Part shown: positions 56,597 through 64,000 of the stretch, in pieces
How the letters are laid out: each line of letters begins with the position of its first letter
Position numbering within the stretch: the stretch's first letter is position 1
Assembly: GCA_946404125.1 (NCBI GenBank)
Contig: CAMJCK010000011.1
Coordinates: forward strand, 5,932-69,931
Source: an uncultured Bacteroidota bacterium
Lineage (GTDB): Bacteria; Bacteroidota; Bacteroidia; Bacteroidales; SZUA-534
DNA length: 64,000 nucleotides
Reading direction: 5' to 3'
Translations under genes and position numbers: made by a program
The notes under the pieces: generated by a model
The model's database searches: none
Told to the model about the DNA's origin: nothing
The model's input: only the letters and a program-made list of their open reading frames with translations

Positions 56597-56650
56597 ATCG
56601 CACAGATGACACAGAATACACAGCATTTCACTGATTTATGATTCGGATTG
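56597..56650. repeat. 9-mer-period CACAGAT repeat array (inverted relative to the 42755 copy)
   Basis: 56597-56613 ATCGCACAGATGACACA is the exact reverse complement of 42766-42782. Confidence 0.65.
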
Positions 56651-56779
56651 AATCTGTGAAAATCGGTTAGAGCCGATTCGTTAAATTCGCTTATCCGCCT
56701 GTGGATATTCGTAAAAAAGAAAAGTAATTCGTTGAATTGGTTTAATTCGGTGATTAAGGATAATTAGTTGATAAAGAAT

Positions 56780-57538
56780 ATGATAGAGATATGTGCATTG
56801 GCGTCGGGGAGTAACGGCAACTGTTATTATATTGGTAATGAGAGCGATGCCGTGCTGATTGATGCGGGTATTCACCTTAAATGTCTGATAGATAGAACGA
56901 AAACTGCAGGCGTTGATATTGGCAAGGTGCGTGCGGTCTTCATTTCGCACGAGCACACCGACCACGTCTGCGGCGCTTACGGCATTGGCAAGCGGCTCTG
57001 TCTGCCGTTCTACTTCACCCGAAAAACGTTTAACAACACCCGCGGTCAGTTCCGCCCCGCCGAAGTGCGCTTTTTTGAGCCAGGCGATGTCTGCGATGTG
57101 TTCGGCATTCAGGTGCACACCTTCGGCAAGCGCCACGATGCGTCGGACCCGTGCAGTTTTGTGGTCGAAACAAACGGCCGCAAAATCGGCGTGATGACCG
57201 ACATTGGCATTGTCACCGAGGCGGTTTCCGACCATTTCGCGCAGTGCGACGCGGTTTTTCTCGAGTCGAACTACGATGAGGATATGCTCTGGCACGGCTC
57301 GTACCCATATTATCTGAAGCAACGTGTGGCTTCCGAAGTCGGGCATTTGTCTAACAACCAATCATTTGAGTTGGCTTTGCAGCACGCTTCACCAACGCTG
57401 TCGCACATTTTCCTGTCGCATATTTCCGCCGACAATAACACCATAGAAAAAGCATTAGCTGCCTTTGCACAAATCGCTCAAAATGTGACAGTTCTGCCCA
57501 CGTCGCGGCACGAGGCTTCGGCGGTGGTGAGACTTTGA
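56780..57538 (+). CDS. MBL-fold metallo-hydrolase (YycJ/WalJ-like)
   Basis: LASGSNGN, SHEHTDH (HxHxDH), LESNYD, GHLSN, LSHIS. Confidence 0.9.
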   Translation: MIEICALASGSNGNCYYIGNESDAVLIDAGIHLKCLIDRTKTAGVDIGKVRAVFISHEHTDHVCGAYGIGKRLCLPFYFTRKTFNNTRGQFRPAEVRFFEPGDVCDVFGIQVHTFGKRHDASDPCSFVVETNGRKIGVMTDIGIVTEAVSDHFAQCDAVFLESNYDEDMLWHGSYPYYLKQRVASEVGHLSNNQSFELALQHASPTLSHIFLSHISADNNTIEKALAAFAQIAQNVTVLPTSRHEASAVVRL

Positions 57539-57572
57539 ATTTAATGAATTTGGAGCCCTACCGATGTGCTAA

Positions 57573-57785
57573 ATGAGTGGTGCCAGACACAAATTGTCTG
57601 GTTATGACGCTTTCAAAACACTGCCAATATTTCAGACTGGAAGGGTATAGTGGCATTTCTGTATTTTGTGCGTGTCTAACGATATTATTTCCGAGTACCG
57701 CGAAATCATTGAGCAACTAGTGTCTGCCGATGTCGCTGAAAGCGTAGTGAGTTGGCTTTATGAATGTCAGTTTGTTGACCAGTAA
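57573..57785 (+). pseudogene. PIN-domain toxin pseudogene (putative TA toxin component)
   Basis: Fragments VVPDTNCLVMTLSK and, after a frameshift, CILCVSNDIISEYREIIEQLVSADVAESVV...FVDQ*. These resemble the VVLDTN...LCVSNEI..EY.E PIN toxin pattern. Confidence 0.7.
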
Positions 57786-57939
57786 CCTTTTTGATGTTGT
57801 CCCTCGGAAGGTGCTTGACTACGCTGAATATTGCGGCTCAAATCTAACCACACTTCATTTGCTCAAAAGCCCCCACGTTTTTTACTCAACAATTTGATTT
57901 TTACATCTTTTTGTTGGATTTTGCTTAATCAAAAGTCAT

Positions 57940-58479
57940 TTACTCTTTGCGTGGAAATTTTCCAAGAACCGCCTCGCAATCAACAACATTCGCAAATTCT
58001 TTCTCAAAATTTGGTGTCATTATGCCTTTGCCAATTGAGTTGCGGATTTCGTCGAGCGGCCAGAAACGGGCGTCGTCAATCTCGTCGTTGCGGCTCACGA
58101 GCGGCTTGTCAGTGACGGTTGCGAAGACGTTTATCATTTCGCTCTCAACCGCCGACTGCCATTTGTAACTTGTGATTGCAATCGGCTCAAAGTCGGTCAG
58201 GCCGATTTCTTCGCGGGCTTCGCGGCGTAGGGCGACGGCAATTTCTTCGCCGTAGGCAATGTGTCCGCCAACGGCAGTGTCCCATTTGCCTGGTTGGATT
58301 CGTTTGGTTAGGGCGCGTTTTTGCAGGTAGAGTTCGCCCTGCGGATTGAAAACGTGCAGATGCACAACAGGATGCAGCAGAGTGCGGTCGGAATGACATT
58401 GGCTGCGCAGCGCTTTGCCAATCACGTTGCCCTGGTCGTCAACCAGCGGCAGAATCTCTTCAGTTTCAGAAATGGTCAT
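57940..58479 (-). CDS. NUDIX hydrolase (IDI/YfcD-like)
   Basis: LHPVVHLHVF, LYLQKR, PGKWDTAVGGH..YGE....AL.REAREEIG. Confidence 0.88.
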   Translation of the reverse strand: MTISETEEILPLVDDQGNVIGKALRSQCHSDRTLLHPVVHLHVFNPQGELYLQKRALTKRIQPGKWDTAVGGHIAYGEEIAVALRREAREEIGLTDFEPIAITSYKWQSAVESEMINVFATVTDKPLVSRNDEIDDARFWPLDEIRNSIGKGIMTPNFEKEFANVVDCEAVLGKFPRKE

Positions 58480-58485
58480 TTTTGG

Positions 58486-58581
58486 GGTGAATCGGTGAAT
58501 CGGTGAAGGTTGAAAGGTTTAACAAGTTTAACAGGTTGAAATTATTCATTCAGTCAATCCTTCAATCCTTCAGTCCTTCAA
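58486..58581. repeat. Octamer/nonamer tandem arrays in opposing orientation
   Basis: (GGTGAATC)x2-3, GTTTAACA x2, then (TTCAATCC/TTCAGTCC)x3; the same units occur at 4228 and 37370. Confidence 0.65.
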
Positions 58582-59874
58582 TTATTTCTTCGACAGCGGA
58601 ATAATCAGTTCGTCGCCCACTTCAAGTTGCTCGCCGTCAGAGAGTTGGTTCGCTTTGATGATGTCTGATGCGGGGTTGCCGTATCGTGCGGCAATCGATT
58701 CAATGGTCTCGCCGTTGGCAATCTTGTGAATGGCCTTTACGGGGATTTTCAGCCGAGCGCCGACAATTAGTTGGGTGGCGGCTTCGCCGTTTATTTCTTC
58801 GAGTTTTGCAAGCGGCACATTGTAGCGCAATCCGATGCGGAACAGGTTCTGGCCCTTCTCAACAACGTGAATGTGTATCTTGTTGTCGTCCATTGGTTTG
58901 GCTTGTTTTGTGGCAGGCTCGGCAGTCTTTGCGTTTTTGTTTTCGGCTTGAGCGTTGGCCTGGCTTGCGGCTTGCGGTTGCTCAACGGTTTGATTAGCAG
59001 CCGTTTGCTCTTGCTTGGCGGGCTCGCTTACTGGCGTCGGTGCGGCGGTTTGCTCAATTGGCTGACGCTCGGGCGCGCCTTCGTTCACCTTGTGCTTGTA
59101 AATCTCGTAAAACACTATGATAAAGAGCAATAGCGACGATACAATGGCCAATGTGCGCCATATCGATACCTGCGGTTCCTTCTTTTTTGTCATTGTTGAA
59201 AAGTCAATTACTTGTACCGAAACATTGTCAGCGCCGCCAGCGTTGTTCGCCAACTCAATCAGGCGTGCGGTCTTCATTTCCGACGACATATCGCTGTTGT
59301 TCAAGACTTCAAATATTTCGTTGTCAGACAGTTGGCTGGTCAGACCGTCGGAGCAGAGCAGGAATGTCTCGTTGCCGTCGAGTTGGATAGGGTTCTTGCA
59401 GACGCTGAATTTGATGTTTTTCTCTTTGCCAACCAGCACGCTCACTTCGCCGTTCTCAACGTGGTCGCGGGTGATTTGGGCAATCTGGCCGTCTTTGTGG
59501 ATGTAGATGCGGCTGTTGCCCGCCGATGCGTAGTAGGCTTCGTCGTTCTGGACAATCAAGATGGCCAGGGTTGAACCGATGCCGTTGTATTTCTCATTCG
59601 TATTTGCTTGATTGAAAACGCAATAGTTGGCATACGACACCGCGTTTGTCAAGGCGTTCGAAAGGTTGCTGTACGAGCGGTCGAAAAAGTAGCGTTTGAT
59701 TTCTTCGGTGGTGATTTTTGCCGCCAGTGCGCCGCCGAACTCAACGCCGTCGTGGCCGTCGCAAACTGCAAAAACGTGTCCGTCGGCAATCGGAAACTCA
59801 ACAACGGCGTCGGTGTTGTGTTCCTTTACCTTGCCTAAATTGCTGATACTGCCGAAGTTTATGTTGAATTTCAT
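58582..59874 (-). CDS. PP2C-family phosphatase domain - TM - Ala/Gln/Pro linker - two LysM domains
   Basis: VCDGHDG, GSTL, LCSDGL, GGADNVSV; TM segment; HVVEKGQNLFRIG.RY and HKIANGETIESIA.RY LysM repeats. Confidence 0.85.
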   Translation of the reverse strand: MKFNINFGSISNLGKVKEHNTDAVVEFPIADGHVFAVCDGHDGVEFGGALAAKITTEEIKRYFFDRSYSNLSNALTNAVSYANYCVFNQANTNEKYNGIGSTLAILIVQNDEAYYASAGNSRIYIHKDGQIAQITRDHVENGEVSVLVGKEKNIKFSVCKNPIQLDGNETFLLCSDGLTSQLSDNEIFEVLNNSDMSSEMKTARLIELANNAGGADNVSVQVIDFSTMTKKKEPQVSIWRTLAIVSSLLLFIIVFYEIYKHKVNEGAPERQPIEQTAAPTPVSEPAKQEQTAANQTVEQPQAASQANAQAENKNAKTAEPATKQAKPMDDNKIHIHVVEKGQNLFRIGLRYNVPLAKLEEINGEAATQLIVGARLKIPVKAIHKIANGETIESIAARYGNPASDIIKANQLSDGEQLEVGDELIIPLSKK

Positions 59875-59973
59875 TGTTGTCACAATTTCTTTGGCGCAAA
59901 ACTAACATTTTGAAATTTAGTAACCAATTGCAACGCAAGATGATTTAATTATTTTTGGCAAAAATTTAAAGTT

Positions 59974-61653
59974 ATGGCAGAAGACAACAAAGTTATTTTC
60001 TCGATGGTGGGAGTGGGCAAGACCATTCCGCCGCAAAAAAAGATATTGAACAACATTTATTTGTCGTTTTTCTACGGCGTCAAAATCGGCATTTTGGGCT
60101 TGAACGGCGCGGGAAAATCGACGCTGATGAAGATTATCGCTGGCGTTGACAAGAGTTTCGAAGGCGAAGTTGTCTTCTCGCCTGGCTATTCGGTCGGCTA
60201 TCTGGAGCAGGAACCGCAACTCGACCCGCAAAAGACTGTGCGTGAAGTGGTTGAAGAAGGCACGGCCGAAGTTGTCGCTTTGCTGAAGGAGTATGAAGAA
60301 GTGAACCTGAAGTTTGCCGAGCCGATGAGCGACGATGAAATGACCAAACTCATTGAGCGTCAGGGCGAACTGACCGAACTGATTGAGCAGCACAACGGTT
60401 GGGAACTCGACAGCACCCTGGAGCGCGCGATGGACGCATTGCGCTGTCCGCCAGCCGATTGGAAGATTGAAAACCTTTCGGGTGGTGAGCGCCGCCGTGT
60501 GGCTTTGTGCCGATTGCTTTTGCAAGAACCTGACATTCTGCTACTTGATGAGCCAACCAACCACCTTGACGCAGAATCGGTGCAGTGGCTCGAAGCACAT
60601 TTGCAGCAATACAAAGGCACGGTTATTGCCGTTACTCACGACCGTTATTTTCTTGATAATGTGGCAGGTTGGATTCTCGAACTCGACCGCGGCGAGGGTA
60701 TTCCCTGGAAGGGCAACTACTCGTCGTGGCTTGAGCAGAAGACCAAGCGCCTGGAGATGGAAGAGAAGACCGAGAGCCGCCGCCGAAAGACTCTTGAGCG
60801 CGAGTTGGAGTGGGTGCGTATGGCCCCGAAAGCCCGCCAAGCCAAGCAGAAAGCGCGTTTGAACGCTTACGACCGCCTGCTCAACGAAGACACAAAAGAG
60901 AAGGAGCAGACGCTCGAAATCTTCATTCCGAACGGACCGCGTTTGGGTACGAATGTTATTGAAGCACACAATGTTAGCAAAGCATACGGTGACAAGCTGC
61001 TCTACGAGAACCTGAATTTTGTTCTGCCGCAAAACGGCATTGTCGGCGTCATTGGTCCGAACGGCGCTGGCAAAACCACGCTTTTCCGCCTGATTATGGG
61101 CATTGAGAAACCCGACAGCGGCGAGTTCAAAGTGGGAGAGACCGTCAAACTCGGCTATATCGACCAGATGCACGCCAAAATCGACCCCGAAAAGACTGTA
61201 TATCAGATAATTTCAGATGGATTGGACGAGATAAAAATCGGCGGACGGTTTGTTAATGCGCGGGCCTATCTGTCGCGTTTCAACTTCTCGGGTGCCGACC
61301 AGGAGAAGAAGGCAGGAGTGCTTTCGGGCGGCGAGCGAAACCGCCTGCACTTGGCTCTCACGCTCAAATCGGAGGCCAACGTGCTGCTGCTCGACGAGCC
61401 AGGCAACGACATTGATGTGAACACCTTGCGCGCCCTTGAAGAAGGACTTGAAAATTTTGCAGGTTGCGCCGTCGTTATCTCACACGACCGCTGGTTTCTC
61501 GACCGCGTGGCCACTCACATTCTGGCGTTCGAAGGCGACTCGCAAGTCTATTTCTTCGAAGGCTCATACTCTGAATATGAGGAAAATAAGAAGAAACGTA
61601 TGGGCGACATTGAGCCGCATCGCATTAAGTATCGGAAACTGAAAGAGAATTAA
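59974..61653 (+). CDS. ettA: Energy-dependent translational throttle protein (ABC-F)
   Basis: Two ABC domains ([32 protein letters not shown]); LERELEWVR linker. Confidence 0.95.
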   Translation: MAEDNKVIFSMVGVGKTIPPQKKILNNIYLSFFYGVKIGILGLNGAGKSTLMKIIAGVDKSFEGEVVFSPGYSVGYLEQEPQLDPQKTVREVVEEGTAEVVALLKEYEEVNLKFAEPMSDDEMTKLIERQGELTELIEQHNGWELDSTLERAMDALRCPPADWKIENLSGGERRRVALCRLLLQEPDILLLDEPTNHLDAESVQWLEAHLQQYKGTVIAVTHDRYFLDNVAGWILELDRGEGIPWKGNYSSWLEQKTKRLEMEEKTESRRRKTLERELEWVRMAPKARQAKQKARLNAYDRLLNEDTKEKEQTLEIFIPNGPRLGTNVIEAHNVSKAYGDKLLYENLNFVLPQNGIVGVIGPNGAGKTTLFRLIMGIEKPDSGEFKVGETVKLGYIDQMHAKIDPEKTVYQIISDGLDEIKIGGRFVNARAYLSRFNFSGADQEKKAGVLSGGERNRLHLALTLKSEANVLLLDEPGNDIDVNTLRALEEGLENFAGCAVVISHDRWFLDRVATHILAFEGDSQVYFFEGSYSEYEENKKKRMGDIEPHRIKYRKLKEN

Positions 61654-61666
61654 AATCCGCAACATT

Positions 61667-62530
61667 ATGACCGCAAAACCAACATCTGAAACACCTACAA
61701 GCACAACAGCAAAACACCATTTGCTGTTGCTTGTGCTTGTTGTGCTGTTTCAATTGTTGGTAAATCAGGCGGTTGCAATCGCAGTGGATACTCTTCCGGT
61801 GGAGCCGTCGGCCGATACAATTGTCGCGCTACCATCAGTTGACACAGTCATCGCGCCAGCGCCAACAGCCGACTACCAGTTCCGGGCCAAGCGGCTGATT
61901 CTGCCGGCGGCGCTCATCACCGTTGGCGCCATTGGCGTGAAAAACGACTGGGTTTGCGATGTCAAACTCAACGTGCGCGACGGTCTCGACGATTGGCTTG
62001 GGAACGAGCGTAAATTGCGAATCGACGACCAGATTCAGTACCTGCCGGCCGCAGCATTCATCGGTCTCGATTATCTTGGAGTGAAGGCAAAGCACCCTCT
62101 GCGCGAGCGCATTGCGGTTGTGGTCACATCATACGTGGCTATGGGGACAATGGTGCGCGGAGTCAAATGGGTTATCAACGAGGAACGCCCCGATTCGAGA
62201 AAGAAGAACTCATTTCCGTCGGGACACACAGCCACTTCGTTCACCGGCGCCGAGCTGATACGCATTGAGTATGGTCCCGCGGCAGGCGGATGCGCTTACG
62301 CAGTGGCCGCCGGCATCGCCTTTATGCGCCTCTACAACGACCGCCATTGGCTCAACGATGTGGTTGGCGGTGCCGGATTCGGCATATTGTCGGCTCGCGT
62401 CGGTTATTGGCTGCTTCCCATTGAGCGTCGGCTTTTCAAGTGGGACAAATCATCGGCCACAACAGCCGTGGTGCCTGTCTTCAATCCCGCCGACAACAGT
62501 TTCGGAATGGCAATGACAGTTGTTTTTTAG
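61667..62530 (+). CDS. PAP2 superfamily phosphatase (membrane)
   Basis: K......RP, SFPSGHT, R.Y..RHWL.DV motifs. Confidence 0.88.
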   Translation: MTAKPTSETPTSTTAKHHLLLLVLVVLFQLLVNQAVAIAVDTLPVEPSADTIVALPSVDTVIAPAPTADYQFRAKRLILPAALITVGAIGVKNDWVCDVKLNVRDGLDDWLGNERKLRIDDQIQYLPAAAFIGLDYLGVKAKHPLRERIAVVVTSYVAMGTMVRGVKWVINEERPDSRKKNSFPSGHTATSFTGAELIRIEYGPAAGGCAYAVAAGIAFMRLYNDRHWLNDVVGGAGFGILSARVGYWLLPIERRLFKWDKSSATTAVVPVFNPADNSFGMAMTVVF

Positions 62531-62660
62531 GTAACCACGCTCTCGAAACCCACATCGGGATTGACCTCCTAACTGTGACTTTTTATTGCTTCGATAGAAA
62601 TATCTTGTCTCTAACCAAACTAATCCAAATTTATCCTAACGCAAATTATTCGTTTGGTAG

Positions 62661-62694
62661 AAAAAAAAGCCGCGAACCCTTTCGGATTCGCGGC
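62661..62694 (-). terminator. Rho-independent terminator of nrdD
   Basis: Minus strand reads GCCGCGAATCC-GAAA-GGGTTCGCGGC-T8. Confidence 0.75.
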
Positions 62695-62723
62695 CTGAAT
62701 AAACTTATTATCTAACCTGATTT

Positions 62724-64000
62724 CTATGCCTTTGCGGCGGCCATTTTCTCGGCCTTGACAGTCTCGTTGACTGCCTGTTTTGCTGCTGCGGTTTCCTGTG
62801 TGCTGGCGCTGTCCTCGATGGTGCGGTTGAGCATCGATTTGTGATAGTAGCGCAGGCTGTGCTCCAACTGACGGGCCGAACTGAAGTTCGAAACGCGTTT
62901 CAGGTAGCCGATTACGCGTGTGCCGTAGTCAACGTTGGTTGAGCCGCATTTGCTGCACTTCTGCAGGGTGCGCTTGTCGATATAGTTGCACTCGTTGCAG
63001 ATGGTGATTTTAATGTTGAAGCAGAAGTAGTTGCAACCAGCCTTGGCGGTAGCCTCGAGCAGACGAAGGAATCCTTCTTTGGTTGGTGCCTCCTCCAGAT
63101 TCAGGTGCAGAGCCGAACCGCCGTCGAGATACTGTATGATGTCGCGGCCGTGAAGGCTGATTTTGTCCAGAATGTTGATTGTCGGGTCCTCAACAGGGTA
63201 GAAGTACGAGTTGTAGCAGTCGCGCGGAACGAACAGACCGTCCTTCTTGTCCCACATTGCGTTCTTCACGCCTAGGTTCTCGGCCGGAACAAACTCGGTG
63301 TTGAACATACAGCCGTATTTCTTTTTAGCCTCTTTGTTCACCTCGTAGATAACCTTCAGGTGTTTCGATACAAAATCTTTGTACTCCTTGGTGTTGCGAG
63401 CCGAAATGCCCTGGCTCTCGGCTGCCTCAACCATTCCGTTAATGCCGATTGTCGAGAACTGCTTGTTGAGCGAGATGAAGCCTGCCGAGTAAACCGGAAG
63501 CAGACCTGCCTCAACATATTGTTCGATAATCTTGCGGTAAGCAACCTGATATTTGATAATTTTCCAGATTTCGGTTCTCAAGTCGCGGCCTTGCTGAACC
63601 AGACGGTTCATATTCAGCGTGATGACGTTTACAGAGCCTGTTGATACGCCACCAGCGCCAAGCGAGTAGCTGAACGTGTTGTCCGACAACTCGTTGCGCA
63701 AGCGGCAGCACGATGCAAGGCTGTCGGCGTTTTCCGACTGATAGATGAAGAACGAGTTGCCCTCGCTCAACTCCTGGGCAGCCTTGTTGGCGAAATCCTG
63801 GTCAACAGGCTTGCCGTCTTTCACAAGCATAGCGGCTGTCACAACAGGGAATGTCAGAATGGCTTTGGTGCGCTCCTTGTTGAACCAGCGCATAAAGTGC
63901 CACTGCAACTTATTGAGTGTCTCCCAGTTTGGTGCGGTCATATCGGGGAAGACAAACGAGCCGAAGATGCTTTGGAAATACTCTTTGTCGAAAATTGAGA
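62724..64000 (-). CDS. nrdD: Anaerobic (class III) ribonucleoside-triphosphate reductase, C-terminal part (runs off window)
   Basis: Frame is open to the window edge (SIFDKEYF...); SCCRL, TEFVPAENL, CNEC/CSKC zinc site, RVIGYL glycyl-radical motif. Confidence 0.93.
   Translation of the reverse strand, partial: SIFDKEYFQSIFGSFVFPDMTAPNWETLNKLQWHFMRWFNKERTKAILTFPVVTAAMLVKDGKPVDQDFANKAAQELSEGNSFFIYQSENADSLASCCRLRNELSDNTFSYSLGAGGVSTGSVNVITLNMNRLVQQGRDLRTEIWKIIKYQVAYRKIIEQYVEAGLLPVYSAGFISLNKQFSTIGINGMVEAAESQGISARNTKEYKDFVSKHLKVIYEVNKEAKKKYGCMFNTEFVPAENLGVKNAMWDKKDGLFVPRDCYNSYFYPVEDPTINILDKISLHGRDIIQYLDGGSALHLNLEEAPTKEGFLRLLEATAKAGCNYFCFNIKITICNECNYIDKRTLQKCSKCGSTNVDYGTRVIGYLKRVSNFSSARQLEHSLRYYHKSMLNRTIEDSASTQETAAAKQAVNETVKAEKMAAAKA

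Noticed and set aside
62724-64000. nrdD as a sign of a prophage
   Set aside because: Codon usage is host-like, neighbours are housekeeping genes, and no phage genes are visible.

Overview
A 64 kb chromosomal window from a Bacteroidota (Bacteroidales/Marinilabiliales-like) genome, inferred from TAnnTTTG -7 promoter boxes, a T9SS C-terminal sorting domain, a TonB-dependent receptor and BatA/DUF3078/DUF5106-type genes. It is mostly housekeeping: CCA-adding enzyme, rRNA pseudouridine synthase, pepD, DPP-IV, an M16 pair, gltX, ettA, partial nrdD, tRNA-Asp(GTC) and tRNA-Glu(CTC). AT-rich accessory insertions are scattered through it. Main observations: (1) At two loci, a lone gene with a PD-(D/E)XK-type domain (AAA_14/DUF4143 ATPase; DUF1016/YhcG) sits between a truncated 5' copy of a host gene and an intact copy of that gene (mutT-like NUDIX, 46/52 nt identical; pepD, 114/114 nt identical). 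Both cargo genes carry regularly spaced palindromes. (2) A riboswitch/attenuator-like leader with two mutually exclusive folds precedes an XRE-HTH plus trypsin-TPR-FGE island. (3) Several atypical signalling genes occur: a His-less pseudo-histidine kinase with a degenerate receiver, SiaB/SiaC without SiaA/SiaD, a YfiR-like protein paired with a HAMP-GAF-PAS receptor that has no output domain, and a PP2C-TM-LysM fusion. (4) There are unannotated HigA and PIN pseudogenes and several families of REP/MITE-like intergenic repeats. No CRISPR array, rRNA, integrase, transposase or reverse transcriptase was seen. All family assignments come from motif recognition by eye; no database searches were run.
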